DNA of 64,000 nucleotides from Antedon mediterranea (lineage: Eukaryota; Animalia; Echinodermata). The notes under the pieces were generated by a model. It searched no databases. It was not told where the DNA came from and was given only the letters and a program-made list of their open reading frames with translations. The position numbers and the translations under genes are program-made. Shown here in pieces: positions 38,213 through 51,473 of this stretch (within the stretch, counting starts at the first letter, position 1; every line of letters begins with the position of its first letter). Location of the stretch: the NCBI RefSeq assembly GCF_964355755.1, contig NC_092680.1:16687045-16751044 (forward strand). Reading direction: 5' to 3'.

Positions 38213-38281
38213 CTTCGAGCTTAGCTTCTAGTTCACTTCTAGAAAGTTGTTTCAAATCTTGATCCCTTACAGATGACGAAT
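38213..38281 (-). CDS. SKOR: SKOR coding exon 3 (DSSSVRDQDLKQLSRSELEAKLE, coiled coil)
   Basis: Polypyrimidine + TAG acceptor, GTAAGT donor, 69 nt, phase 1-1, open. Confidence 0.75.
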
Positions 38282-40495
38282 CTATATGAAAAAGAAAAAA
38301 GTATATAAATATAATTGTTATGCATATCTTATTAATTTAGTGTCATTTTATTTATCATAATTTTTCTATAAAAATGTTCAACATTTTATTATTGTACTAA
38401 AGGCGGCTTTTGTTCGAGCGGCGTAGCGGTGCTTATCGAAAAGAAAAAGTTTTGGTAAGGCTTGTATGTGACGTTCATTCATTCGTTCGTACGATCATTG
38501 TTTTTGTTTATTTTATTCGTTTTTAATTCAATATATTAAACAGAGGCGCCTCATTCGTATTTAAGTTATAATTTAACATTATTAAGTATGATTAATTCAT
38601 TATTAATTTAATTAATTAATTTATATCAACATTCGAAATTGTACGAATCAGAAGATCTCCGAGAGCGAAAATATATAATAAATACAATAAATATTTAAAT
38701 CTTTGTTATGTTGGCAGTATCACCGTAAATACGTTTATAATATAAAATAAGTTAAAAATACTGATGTCTTATAAGTATTGAAAGAAACCATTGTCGACAA
38801 CGGTATGCTCTACTGCAAGGCTTATGTAGGATTCAATAGACTGAAGTTTTTCTTTCATTACTTCTACAATTCAGATAGTAAAAATAAATACAGTAATCAA
38901 AATAAAGATTAAAAATTATAATGCTTTTGTTAAATTGCTTCTACCAAATAGTCTACAATTTATGACATACCGAGACAGCAAAGTCTATAATTAAACAGCT
39001 AATTAGAAAACCAGTGAGGCTAGCTATCTGGTACGAATTGTGTCAAATTAGATAGAAACGTTTCTAATTAAACAACCATTAAACTCTAAACATAAAGCCT
39101 TGCATAATTTGATGCAAAACATTATTACCATTATTTTAATCACAATTTTGATTAGAATCTTACAGTAAATTTGAAACTATTGTATTTGTAACAAAGGCCA
39201 CTGTTCATTAGGACCAATAGAATGAAAATTATGTATAACATTGAATGCGGAGTTAGGTCATTAAAATCGGATAAAAACTCGAATTAAATTCACAACGTGT
39301 AAATTAGCTTTGGTCTGTAAAACCATAAAACTTTACCTTTTATTAAGAGTTTTGTATGAAATATATGTTTTGTTACGAAACTGTTAATTAAATTCGTTTA
39401 TAGATCCAGGAAATAAACAAAATTAAACATTTTTTCAAAAGAAATTAACAATTGGGTCGACGCAAGTAGTTTTATGTGACGTAAACTCTACAGATTATTA
39501 TAGTAATAGTCATTAATTTACGCGTGTAGGTTGTTAACAATTTTATGTCTTAAGTCCAATAACACATAAATTTAAAATTAAAAAATAATTACTACTTGAT
39601 GAAGTTCTCTGCAGTTCGTATTTGTTTTATTATTGTTTTGTTTGTTTAATGGTGAGAAAAAGTCTCAATAAATGTTATAATTTTCTTGTACTATACTGTA
39701 TTTGTTTATTAATACAAGGCGGGCCAATATTTGGCTATTTAAGCCCGGCGCACACTATAGCTATTGGCTGATACAACCGGCACGAGGAACACTTGGTTTA
39801 AGGTAGTGTTAGTCAGAGGAAAGTATCAATCTTCGTAGAACGGGGTTTAGAGGTGTTCCATTTTTATTGTTTAATTAAATGATATTGAATTAAAGAAATT
39901 GTTATTTTATTCTTACATTGAAGATAATCATCATTGTAAAGTAAAGTACAGTTAAATTTGAATGTTTTGATTTTTTTATTTATTTGACGATCAAAACGAT
40001 AAACAAAATCAGATTTTTCGTTTAATTTGTAATCTTCTGCTGTTCGTATAATGGATGGTTAGAATGGAGTTGAAGTTACTAAGTTTGAAGATGAATGATT
40101 GTGATGACAATTAAAACGACGATTGATGATGTGGATGAGGGTGGTGTACGATTGTTAAGATAAACGTGAGAATGGATGGCGAGAATGAGAACTGTGGGAA
40201 AGTGATTTAATAATGATGAAGATAAAATAATGTCAATGTGGGGGAATAACCGGTGACGCACAGCGTACAGGGCCGGCTGAATTGTTCACATTTTGAGACA
40301 ACACATACGTCTCTTCACTGCCACCAAATGGCTCTCATTCGTCTGTCCAGAGAGGGCTGAGATGGACAAGTACTCCTCTTCCGAAGGATGGAATGGGTTC
40401 TTTAAAGTGAATACAATCCGGAAAAGATAATTGAACCCGTGCCGATTGTATAGCTGCAGTTTACACCAGTGCCCACACATGTGCGCAATTCATAC

Positions 40496-40577
40496 CTTCA
40501 AAACTTGCAGCCCTCCTTTTAGTACGGATTGGCAAACATCTTCCTCGTTGTTCGCCAAAACTGTCAACACATTTGGT
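40496..40577 (-). CDS. SKOR: SKOR coding exon 2 (TKCVDSFGEQRGRCLPIRTKRRAASFE)
   Basis: T-rich TAG acceptor, AG|GTATGA donor, phase 0-1 links exon 1 to exon 3 in frame. Confidence 0.6.
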
Positions 40578-41510
40578 CTATGATTACAAAAAAACTAAAT
40601 TAGTAATGCTAAGATATAGGCTAATACTTTTCTCTCATTTCAATGTATTTCCTCCACCAAGATCACAAGGGATGCTATATTACAACATAAATATCAAAGT
40701 TATTTGATATAATATCTAAAAATCAAGCAATACAACTCCAGCTTAGATTTAATTACAGGAAAATTAACTACTAAGTCGCGAATGTAAATACAGCTCAATG
40801 CATTAATAACAAACTAAATTCATCATTGCCTTTAATCAGGTCGGTTTGAAATGTATATCGCGCATAATCAGTAGGGACAGGTATACCTAACCATGTACCA
40901 CAACAACAGTAATTATACATTAATAACTTAATACCAATTCGTCTCAATTGAACGAATGGCATTATAATCAATTAGTCATAGATATGTTTGTTTATGCCAC
41001 ATTTTATTCTTGTTTATGTTCACACGTCCTACACATTGGCTATAACATGATGTGTAAAAGAAACCAATTTTGAATCTTCAATTTAAAAGATCAAACTATG
41101 TTTATTAAAAGCCCAAAAGGCCAACACGTTTGTATATAACCAATATTGAGCATATACATCTTGCTATCAATAATTTGACATGAATTGTGTTCCACCTTCT
41201 CATAAAAAAATCAAATTAGAACAATACTATAGAGTCAGAATATATTTACGGTGCCTTTATAGTGTAATAGTGTAATACTATTTATATTAGATCTAACATA
41301 AATAGTATTACACTAGTTGGGTTGTCTATTAGGCCTATATTTACCCCACAACGTTAAAAGATTGCACGCATTAAACTTACTAACGAATAGCATGTAAAGT
41401 TATCAAATAAATTCTTGAAAACGTAATTCTCTATCAATCACGTTTTAACAAATACCGGTAGGCCCACTCTACCCTATTTTTTTTACCCCATACACGCACT
41501 GCTTACTTAC

Positions 41511-42830
41511 AAAATCTACTTGATCAGCGACATCCATCCGAAAGTCATATTTGTGAATGCTGTCAGCTGTATGGTATTTATCGCCGGCGGCATACAGTCG
41601 TCGAAGCCTGGGTGATTCTTGGCGACTAGAATCGTTCACTTTTACCAGTGGATCTTGTTGGTCATCAATGCTCCACTGATGTTCAACTGGTGTGAATGCT
41701 GATACATGATGTGAAGCAAGCAGCTTTGAAACAGGGGGTTCTTCCGCGTCATCATTAGATAAAAGTGGCCTGAACGTGGCACCACCGTGCAAGTCCTGCC
41801 GCCACGTACGGTCGTGTCCAACAGATCCCATCTTTCCTAAATACGGTCCACTCATTATTTGGGAATTGAGTGCGAATGGAGCCATTTTCCAGGGGCTGAG
41901 TGGGAATGGATGTGTATAATCAGGACCTCCAACTGCCGACTCTATTCGCATTCTGTGAGACGGAATAAACGGTATAAAAGCTTCGGGACCAACATTTTGA
42001 AATGACTTCTGAATAAACTGTGGTGTCATAAATGGGTACATGGGCGTGCGGATTGGTGAGTATGTTGGCGCAGGCTCGATTCGCAAACCTCCTTTCACTG
42101 GCGATGACAAGGACACAGCGGGCACAGCATTAGTTGAACCTTTAGTACACGTTAAAAGTGATCTCTTGCGGCTTCCTCCATTAAACATTGCTTTGACATC
42201 TTCCCACACATGAAGAAGTTCATTGCTGGGATTCTGGTTAGCCAGCTTGATGTGACGTCGCCATGAATTAAAATTAGCAGCATCTGGGTGCTGATACTTC
42301 GATTCTGGCAAGCGATGTGAATGAAAGATGAACTTATTTGGTGAAAGGTACACAGTACAAAATTTGCATTTGATGCATTTAGCTCGTGAGCTGTTATATC
42401 GACTTGGGATAAAGTTCCCCTGACATCCCCATGAACACGTATGCTGTACTTCGAAGGTGAAATTATCCGGTAGCTTTATGGGTTTTGTTTCTTCTAGAAA
42501 CGATTTGACGAGTCGTTCTGCTTCGTGTTTAGTGATCATTCCGCAGCGACGGGATGAGATCGGCATCGCCCCGGCTCGACGGAGAATTTCAAGTTGCACA
42601 GGAGTACATTGGATGCAAGTTATCCCTAGAGCCACACGGCGGTTATGTATCTCATTGTAGCTGAACTTCTTGAGCAACGTATTCGATATTTGTGCTAGGC
42701 ACAGTCGCTCCTTGTTGTCAATGATGAGTGAAGCGATCGGAACACCGTAGAGCACTGTTGTCTGACATTGTTCAGAGGACATTTTTGTGCATGTTTCTTC
42801 AATAGATTCGACGAAAGGTTTATCCGCCAT
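41511..42830 (-). CDS. SKOR: SKI family transcriptional corepressor (SKOR/Fussel/CORL), large first coding exon
   Basis: Ski/Sno domain LYGVPIASLIIDNKERLCLAQISNTLLK..CTPVQLEILRRAGAMPISSRRCGMIT, SMAD4-binding SAND-like domain WGCQGNFIPSRYNSSRAKCIKC..SPNKFIFHSH..DAANFNSWRRH, WEDVKAMFNGGSRKR; GTAAGT donor at 41510. Confidence 0.97.
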
Positions 42831-43369
42831 CTAATGAAAGTGAAATTAATAACAAACTTCAATCAATATTGTTAAAATCATAATTAGCTAATTGTGAGCA
42901 AAAATCAATGTTTTGTCGTTACTTAATTGAGTTTATTTATGAATCAGTTTAATTACAACAGTATAATTATTATAAATTAATCTGTATTCTCAGGGGTACA
43001 CAAATATGGACAATTTTGTTTGCTTGAGTGTGTATTAAACTAATGTTAGGCCTATATTTATTTCTATACGCGCAACGATTGAAATTGAAAAACAAAAATC
43101 ATATATAAAATGTGTATGTATTTCCTTTTTTATTTGTTTTTCGTTTTTGTATTCAGAAAAGAGACGAATAATGAGAGAAGAAGAAGGAATACAATTATAT
43201 ATTATTCTCATACACTCCTCAGAATACAAAAGAATATAAAACAATATTTTCTCGTACAAAAATGATGTATAAAGGCACTACACACATGACGATCAACAAT
43301 AAATAGATAAACAAGTATACATTTTTCTTATATAAGTTAGAAAGTTTTCATAACACCAGAGTGTTATTC

Positions 43370-43826
43370 TTAGTGTTGTAACTTTCAACTGTGTTTGGTT
43401 TGGTACAATAGTCTGAGTGCTAATGATGAAAAGAAACTGCTAGTAAAATAATAGGAAAGAATGTCAATGTTATCGACGCAGTTTACAGGCGCGATGTTAT
43501 TAGCCAAGTTAAGAAAATAATGGAAGATAACTCACACCCATTGAATGATAAATATGTTGTAAATAAATCAGGTAGAATTCGTCCTTTAATGTGCAATACC
43601 ACTCGATGTAGGAACTCATTGTCCACAACTCTATTCATGTTTCCAACTCAACATTTCAAAGATAGTTTGTTTACTTGTTTACTACTGTATATAGTTTTAA
43701 TGTATTGTATTGATATTTTTTAATGTTTTATATATTGTATGTGTTTTTAAGCATCAAGGAAAACCAATTTCATGTTCGCCTGGTTGTGTTCATGACAATA
43801 AAGATTTATCTTTTCTTATCTTATCT
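43370..43826 (+). mobile_element. Rex1/Babar-like LINE 3' end
   Basis: VWYNSLS..ASKIIG..IMEDNSHPL..SGRIR..TTRCRNS, AATAAA and (CTTAT)n-like tail. Confidence 0.8.
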
Positions 43827-43869
43827 AAAACTATATAAATGTAATATTATTATGACCAATAAGAACTAT

Positions 43870-44072
43870 AACATAATTGTAAAGTCACGATATTATTACT
43901 CTTATTATTGATCATAACTTCATTTGATTGGATTTTGTACAATATTATTTTCATCAAAGACACCATAAATGGTTGTCTTGTAGTTCTAGAAAGAAACATT
44001 TCTGTTTGTTTTATGTATGGAAATAAATCTCAATTAACGTTGATTGTTACCATCCTAGTGTAAATAGGCATT
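43870..44072 (+). mobile_element. Old MITE remnant, same family as 48047-48408
   Basis: Shared ATTGGATTTT..ATCAAAGACA..AGTTCTAGAA..TAGTGTAAAT blocks. Confidence 0.55.
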
Positions 44073-45836
44073 GTATAACAAAATAGTGATTATGTTAACA
44101 AACATAAACAACTAAATGGCCGTTAGTCACAAAACCGAAATTGAAAACATCAACATGTTTACAACAAAGGTCATTATTAAAAGGATTAACATAATTATGA
44201 ACATAATAATTCAATAATTATAAACAATCTAAATTATATTTAAAACTTCCGTGAGAAGGTTGTATAATAATTTTGTCAAAACTTTACTCAAACTTAAGTA
44301 AATTATGAATGTTTTTTCAAGGTGGTTTATGAGAAATAACCCGATTTACTGTTTCGGAATTTTCTTTATTTTTATATGAAAGCATATCAACTTATTATGC
44401 TTTTGTTTAAATAAGCTATCTTTTTGTATTCGTTTTATCAAATAAATATGAAGTGTTTAAAGATGGTATTCATAATGAAATGCACCTAAAATGTCCTATT
44501 GCCATTTAACATTTGAAATGATTTTGTATTCCATTTCAATTAACTTTACATTTATTGAACTTAAATACATGCGGTGACTTTTTGTACCATTTTTTAACAG
44601 ATGGATTTATAAAAAAAAAAAATTCCTGACACAACACTATGACTTTCTTAATAATAATAATACTATTGACTACCAAGCGTAAATGTTCCCTCATACTGAT
44701 TATCGTGATAGAGAGTATGCAAAAAATGTCCGATGCCGTTTATTTTTTTGTATTATTTACTAGTGTGTTATATTTACAATTAATTTTACTGCCATTAATA
44801 ATAAGGTACAATGTCAAATGTCTTATATAAAAGACAAAACCTCTACATACCTATCTTTAAAAATATACATTTTTAAGCTCTATTTAATCTTTTAAACTGT
44901 CGGAAAGGTGAATAACACAATTTTTACTCAAATTATGTTAAACGTTTACTTTAGAAACAAAATTTTGTAAAAGCAGCAAAAAATGAACATGTTTATAATA
45001 TTCTACAAATTGCAGTATAAATATAATTCTCTGTCGTTTAGAACAATTATTAAAAAAGACTGCTGATGCAATAGCCTGTTAAAACAATAGGAACATTATA
45101 ACTACATTCTATTTTTTTTATTGTAAAACTGAACATTTATCTCTTCTATTCTTAATTTTAGAAAGCTTGTCAATGTAACATTTTCTGCCTGAAATGTTAA
45201 TAATGATTTTAATAGAATTATCATTTTAATCTAGTAATCCAATCTTCTGATAACTTACACTTTTTAGTCATCTTTCCTTTAATTTTTGTTGTGTCTTTGT
45301 TTAAATTTTATAATAAATAATAATAATAATAATAACGCTACGGGTTAAATGTTAATTTCATTTTCAAAATGAATGTTGTTAAAGAAGAGGTTTGAACTTA
45401 TTTATTTGTTAATTTTTGATAAATATTAATTATTCACGTGTATAATAATCTACATGAATAGTCATTCGTTAACAACATGGTTAAAATATCTTAATGAATT
45501 AGTAAATACAAATCAGAGTAGTGTTCGAAATGAATCGAAATGTAAATGAACAACAAATTCAGCAATGACGTGCATGTTTAATCAGTTGAGTTAGCCTTAA
45601 GAAAAATCCTCTTTCTCTGTAGCGTATTACAAATTGTTTATTAAATGTATAAAATATTAAATATAATGTCATTGTTATACGTTTTCAACTCAGTTTCTAC
45701 GTTTTTTACCATACATTTTTTTCGTTTCAGATGGTTTCTTTCTTTCCTTTTTGTAAAAAAAAGATCAAAGCGTTCAACAAAGAAAATTATATAACAATTT
45801 AATTAAAAGGAGAAAGTTCTTCATTAAAGTACTTAC

Positions 45837-45960
45837 TGTTATTCAGCTGAGTTTCCAAAAACTTGAAATGTTGTTAAAGATGGATACGGTTATTCGACAA
45901 CAAACCAATCAAGAATGAAAGCAATTGTAAAGGCAGCAACGGGTTTTATTTTCCTTTAAA
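45837..45960 (-). other. Candidate non-coding first exon of SKOR
   Basis: The SKOR ATG is directly preceded by an acceptor (TTTCATTAG); GTAAGT donor at 45836; CCAAT/ATTGG and CGCATGCG motifs at 46050-46115. Exon 5' limit unknown. Confidence 0.3.
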
Positions 45961-47547
45961 TGATCAACTGAAAGTCTAAATTTATTACTTCGACTATAAT
46001 TAATTATTGTAGTATCTTTTGAGGTGAATTTTCTATGGACGAATCAAATACGCATGCGCCTTAAAATGATGAAGTTATTAATTATCCAATGAAAAAATAA
46101 GTTATAACTATTGGTATAATACGTATCGTATAATAGGCGTCTTCATGACATATTTGGAACTGCATTATAATGCAGAGATAAAAAAAAAGTTAGGTTAATT
46201 AATATTATGTAATTTATAAATTTAACTTGCTTTTATATACAACGCATAATTCAATAAACTCGAAATGAAATTAATTTCTATAGGCCTAAATTAATTCCTT
46301 TTTAAATAAATGAATAACCAAAAAAAGCCTAAACGCAGATTTATTTATTATAACAATGTAGGCCTATATCAATACAATGCGACCTTTTAATAAGGCTGTG
46401 ACTTTTGTTATGTATGTTTACAACTCGTTTTTAAACTTCTAAATGTCATTTTATCATTCATCAGTATTTACACAACATGATAATGCCTTTTATTAGGACT
46501 ATGTAAGTTTAATTGTAGAGAAGTAGGCCTAGACCTTCGTTTTTTAAGACTTATATTTTTAAAAGACCTCATTACATTGTAGATGTTTTTTAGACCATAG
46601 AGGAAATATTTAGAAAACTAATTGCTAAGTGAAATTCTCGTATCCTTAACTAGATTTGAAGATTCGTGTACACATGTGACTAGGCCAATTTATCTTATTA
46701 AATAGTTTTGTCAAGGTAATTTCACTATTGTACATAAACCAGGCTAATTACAGACACACAGCCCGTGCACGTGCGTTAAATGAGTATGTTCATTATGACT
46801 GTTAACCACGCTCAAAATAATGAACACACTTTTATTTTTCCTTAATTCATTATTTTCAACAACCTACAATAATTAGTAAGGAATCGTTTATATGTAATTA
46901 CAAAGTATTGTACGTAACATCTGACAACGTGTTTTTTTGTAATTGTCTGAACTTAATAATCAGAGATTGGGCTAGAGATCAGTAGTAATGAGCTGAAAAG
47001 GCAACTAAACGCAAACACGTCAACCTTGCTGTTCTAAACGTCATTATCCAGATAGTTGACGCACTTTTTAAAAAATAACAACAATCGATTGTAAATGTTA
47101 CGAGTGAAATTCGAGAACATCGCGAACTTTAAAGTAAGCTTAGTGTAAAACATGTATGATCTCTCATAAAACATTAACTATATAGCATTGCGCACTATCG
47201 AAACGATGATAAAATCTGATCACGTGATGCAATATAACATAATTTGTTGGTTTTAGGTTAATTTTAAATTTATATGAATTCCAAATAGTACTAATTACAA
47301 TTAGAAACACAAATTAAATAACAAATTTAATGATTAGTTAGTTAGTTTTGTATATAATCTTTCAATTGTTTATATTGTAAATGTCGTTTAATTATTAATT
47401 GGAAAGTAAGAAATGGTCGGCTACAAAACCATCGTTTGGCAACTCTAGGAATGTTGTTTTATTTCAAATAAGTTTCGATTCGTATCTTTCAAGTATTATT
47501 TTAATGGGTGATCATTGTAGTTTACATATACATATACCATGACAACT

Positions 47548-48046
47548 TAGGCACAACGCGTGAGTTGACCGATCGCAAGCGACAGTTCGGATGATCCATT
47601 GCGTCGTGGTTGGTCAAATTACTTGCCTTTGCGTGCTTTCTGGTTAATGAAAACTAAAAATATTTTTTTAATAAACATGAATGTAAACTTCGACGGTATA
47701 AATCGCCCATTAAATTCGTTTAAAAGTGAAATGTATTTAAAATACAACAAAGGTAGTAACTCTAGTTAAAGCTTGATGCTAATTTGACCAATCACAAGCG
47801 ATGGATTATCCAAACTCGCTTCCTTGTCATTGGTCAAATTAGCTGTGCGGTGCTGTTACTTCTTGTGTTACATCCTAGTAGTATAGTGAGAACCGAGCTT
47901 AAATAATCGACGAGTACGCTAACTCCTGCACTAGAAAGCAACGCAAGGATGTAAGCGCACTGCAAGACATTTGACCAATCACAACACGATGGATCACCGA
48001 ACTTGCGCTGTGCCTACGTCCTTGCGTCCAAGTGAGACAAAGCTTC
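47548..48046. mobile_element. Three decayed copies of the MITE family at 50967
   Basis: Recurrent TTGACCAATCACAA / TTGGTCAAATT, CAACGCAAGGA and ACGTCCTTGCGT blocks. Confidence 0.65.
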
Positions 48047-48408
48047 AAGGCCCATTTACACGACACTAGGAAGATAACGATTTTTCATACATAAAAAAAA
48101 AGAAATATAAAAACTTTCATTATAGAACTATGGAATAACCATCTATGCTTCCTTTGATGAAAATGATGTTTTCCGTCCAAGACAATGTGACAATACGTGA
48201 CAATACAACGATTCTATTGTTTTTATTTATCATGACGTCATTTCATTGGATTTTTAAAATATTATTGTTATCAAAGACAGCATAATGATTATCATACAGT
48301 TCTAGAACGACGAAAACATTTTAATTTCTTTTTGTTTTAATTTTATGTAACAAAAATGCATGCTTATATTTGTCGTCGATCGTTATCGTCATAGTGTAAA
48401 TTGCATTT
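48047..48408 (+). mobile_element. Old MITE with CATTTACAC / GTGTAAAT termini
   Basis: Imperfect TIRs and homology to 43870-44072. Confidence 0.55.
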
Positions 48409-48818
48409 ACCCTTATGTTATCTAAAGTATACGGTGAATCTTTTGCTATCTTCGATAATGATTAATGAATATGTTCAAACGCTCGGGTTCAATTCGAAAC
48501 AAAAAGATGAATAATATTAATGCTGTTAATGTTATACAATATTTATTCTATAAATATGAAATAAAAACCACCATAATTGTTATTCTTTAATTGGAAATAT
48601 AGGTATAATTGTACATTGAAACTCCTCATTAAATACAATAGCAACTTAGTTAGTTTTGTATATATCATAGTCTTCAATTGTTCATGTGGCATTATATCAT
48701 TTGTTAATTACAATTATTATTATTATCACTATTAAACACCACATATTATTATGCAATGCCTTTTATATCCAATATTTACAAGTTTCTAGCCGACTCAAGT
48801 GAAAGGATACAAGGATCT

Positions 48819-49075
48819 GACATGCGCAGAATCACATAATTTGTTCTGCGCATGTTACCTATATATATTGTCACATGCGCAGAATCACATAATTTGTTCT
48901 GCGCATATTACCGCAATAAAATCTTACTATCTTCAATTTTCGATATAACTGGTTACTATAGCATAATTGACATGCGCAAAACACATTATTTGACTCTGCA
49001 CGTGTTAATTATGATATAGTAACCAGTTATATTAAACAATACAAGGGTTGAAAATTTGCCATTTTTCGAAATAAA
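48819..49075 (+). repeat. Dispersed diverged satellite modules (A hairpins plus half B)
   Basis: ACATGCGCAGAA..TTCTGCGCAT twice, then ACTGGTTACTATAGCATAATT..ATAGTAACCAGT and AAGGGTTGAAAATTTGCCATTTTTCGAAA. Confidence 0.8.
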
Positions 49076-49449
49076 ACCCAATATTTGACTCTTGTTACTT
49101 GTTACTTGTTTGCATAGCTATCCCCATTATTTGGGACATTTCGCCGTCATTGACATTATGTTGACATAGCACAACAATGAGAGACATTAATTTTGATGAG
49201 AAGGTCATAGAACACTAATTAATTTTAAAACAACTAAAACTAAAAACATGAGACCTGTAACCCTTGGTAGGGACCCTGACGGGTACTCTCCCTCCGGGTC
49301 AAAGGGATCCCGAAACTCATCGGTGGGCAGGGGCGCTTATCTCCCTGTTCAGGACTATTCCTGATGATTAGCCAACCTATTTACATTTAAAATTAAACAT
49401 CAAGACATATAAATTGATCATGACTACTGGACATAGTAGTTATTGTCTT

Positions 49450-50244
49450 CTATAAAAGATGCTGGAAGCACTTCCTTATATAGTCTTCTCGGTCTAGTTG
49501 ACTAGCGTTTATAGTTCTCTGAAGTATACTTGGGCACGGTCTTCCTATCAATTTTTTTTTTCTATCTTTTTTGGTCATAAAATGTAAGAACTTTGCAGGG
49601 ATCATAGTTCTGTCTCCGAATACAGTGTGAAATCCAGTTAGATTGCTGTTGTTGGTAGAATTCCAAATACTGATATTGTGTTGGTTATTGACAACGTACC
49701 GCCAATCAGTTTCCTGTTGTTGTTCTTCTTCTTCTTCCTCAGACTCTATTTCGTTCTCATCGTCTGATTGTGTATGTTTGTCTGGTGGGTTGACGCGTCT
49801 AAAACCATTTCTGATCATCCTCCTGAGGAATCTGTTGTACGTTGTTGTTATTAGTCCGATTTCAGTGTTTGTTGGTCTCCAAGCATGACAACCGTACATC
49901 AGTCTGCTTCTAACCAATCCGTTCAGGAATTTGATTCTTGTTCTAAGGTTAATGATTTGATTTGTCAGGAGTTTCTTATGTTCAGCAAAAGCAGCCTTAG
50001 CACATATTATTATATGATGAATTTCCTGTTTTCCTATGTTGATGTTATCATAGGTCATCCAGACTCCTAGGTATTTAAATGTGCTTACATTATGCAGATT
50101 TGTGCCATTGATGTTGATAATAGAGGTTGGATATTCTCCATCATCTCTTTGCCAGTTATACACCATGGTCTCCGTTTTAGATATGTTAATCTGGAGACCA
50201 TATTCATTGAAGACCAGATGTATAAGATTTACCATAGATTGCAA
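49450..50244 (-). mobile_element. RTE-clade LINE RT C-terminal fragment
   Basis: YGLQINISKTETM, VSTFKYLG, AKAAF, VRSRLMYGCHAW; frameshifted near the end. Confidence 0.9.
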
Positions 50245-50671
50245 ATGTTCGACTGCACATGAAAATTGGCAACTTTTCGAAAACTTCTCTGTACTCTACC
50301 CCATTATGAATGAACGACTGATCTTTTAAGATAATCGACAAAACATGTTTTTGTTTGAGCTCTTCTCGTGTGTAGATAATATTATTTTGATTTTAACACC
50401 TTTTAGTAGTACAGTACATATAAGTATATTGTGTAGAAAGTTTTATTAACATTACTGACTATAATTTTCGATATGTTTTTTCATAACATTCTTGGTCAAT
50501 CATACACAAGAAAATCACGAAAGACTCACTCAACTGCATTTGCCATAAAAGAATCAACTCATCTACAAAATGTATTTTCAAATTATTTTTTTTATTTAAC
50601 GTAAACATATATAAAAATGTTCAACCCCTAAATTTAGTAAAGGAATTAAAAAAAAAAACCAAACACCGTAC

Positions 50672-50790
50672 TATTTTTCGAAATAACTGGTTACTATCAT
50701 AATTGACGTGCATAGCATACGTTATTTAACTTTGCGCATGTGAATTATTATATATAGTAATCAATTATGTAAAAAAATAAAAGGGTTATG
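50672..50790 (+). repeat. Dispersed diverged satellite module A with B flanks
   Basis: TTTTTCGAAATAACTGGTTACTAT..TTGCGCATGT..TAGTAATCAATTATGTAAAAAAATAAAAGGGT. Confidence 0.7.
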
Positions 50791-50966
50791 GCGTAATATT
50801 ATGGCGTCAAACGTCCACTCGTACTCATGTCAGAGAGCAAACACCACAGTGCCACTGAACAAGTTTGCCAGTCGCCATGCCAGTCGCCTAGCGCATGTGC
50901 ATATACAATGACGTAATAGGGTAGCAGTCGACAGAGTCCCTATTACCATCTTGTAATGCATAGTAA

Positions 50967-51145
50967 AGCTTGGTTCCCACTAGAACGTAACGCAAGGACG
51001 TAAACGCAACGCAAGCGTTTTAACCAATGACAAGCGAAGTTATAGACAGTTAGCAATCACAAGCGAATAAGCCATCGCTTGTGATTGGTCAATTCACTTG
51101 CATTGCGTTACGTCCTTGCGTTGCGTCGCTAGTGGGAACCACGGT
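50967..51145. mobile_element. PIF/Harbinger-type MITE just 3' of the CENP-H stop
   Basis: TIR TGGTTCCCACTAG..ACGCAAGGACGTAA / TTACGTCCTTGCGT..CTAGTGGGAACCA; TAA at both flanks. Confidence 0.9.
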
Positions 51146-51181
51146 TAAGCACTTATGTCAAAAATATACAGTAGTATAGTA

Positions 51182-51338
51182 TTAATGCTTAGATAAATCC
51201 ACAGTTTCGCCAAGACTAATTAACAGTTGCTGTAATTCAGGGTCTTTAGCCCAATTAACACCACTTCCCATTATCAAAGCTTGCAAGATGTGCTGTGTAA
51301 TAGTTATTTTGGATGTAATGTCTTCCACTTCTTTTTGT
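51182..51338 (-). CDS. CENPH: CENP-H exon 6 (IQKEVEDITSKITITQHILQALIMGSGVNWAKDPELQQLLISLGETVDLSKH*)
   Basis: Family C-terminal motif Q.LI.GS.VNWA.DP.L; T-rich TAG acceptor; TAA stop. Confidence 0.92.
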
Positions 51339-51473
51339 CTAAAAAAAAATACAAAATGTTTTTGTTATATATTTATATATAATTTTCATTAATTTATTAA
51401 CATAATAAAATAAAATATAGAACAAATAAAAATGAACCATGCTGATCAATTTCTGTAAACTAAAATGAAACAA

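Noticed and set aside
41469-41510. Last 13 codons of the 453-aa SKOR ORF
   Set aside because: Read-through past a strong GTAAGT donor; downstream exons continue in frame
49250-49380. GC-rich structured segment next to the RTE fragment, tested as hammerhead or HDV-like ribozyme
   Set aside because: CTGACGG core is non-canonical and I could not build the required stems; likely retroelement UTR
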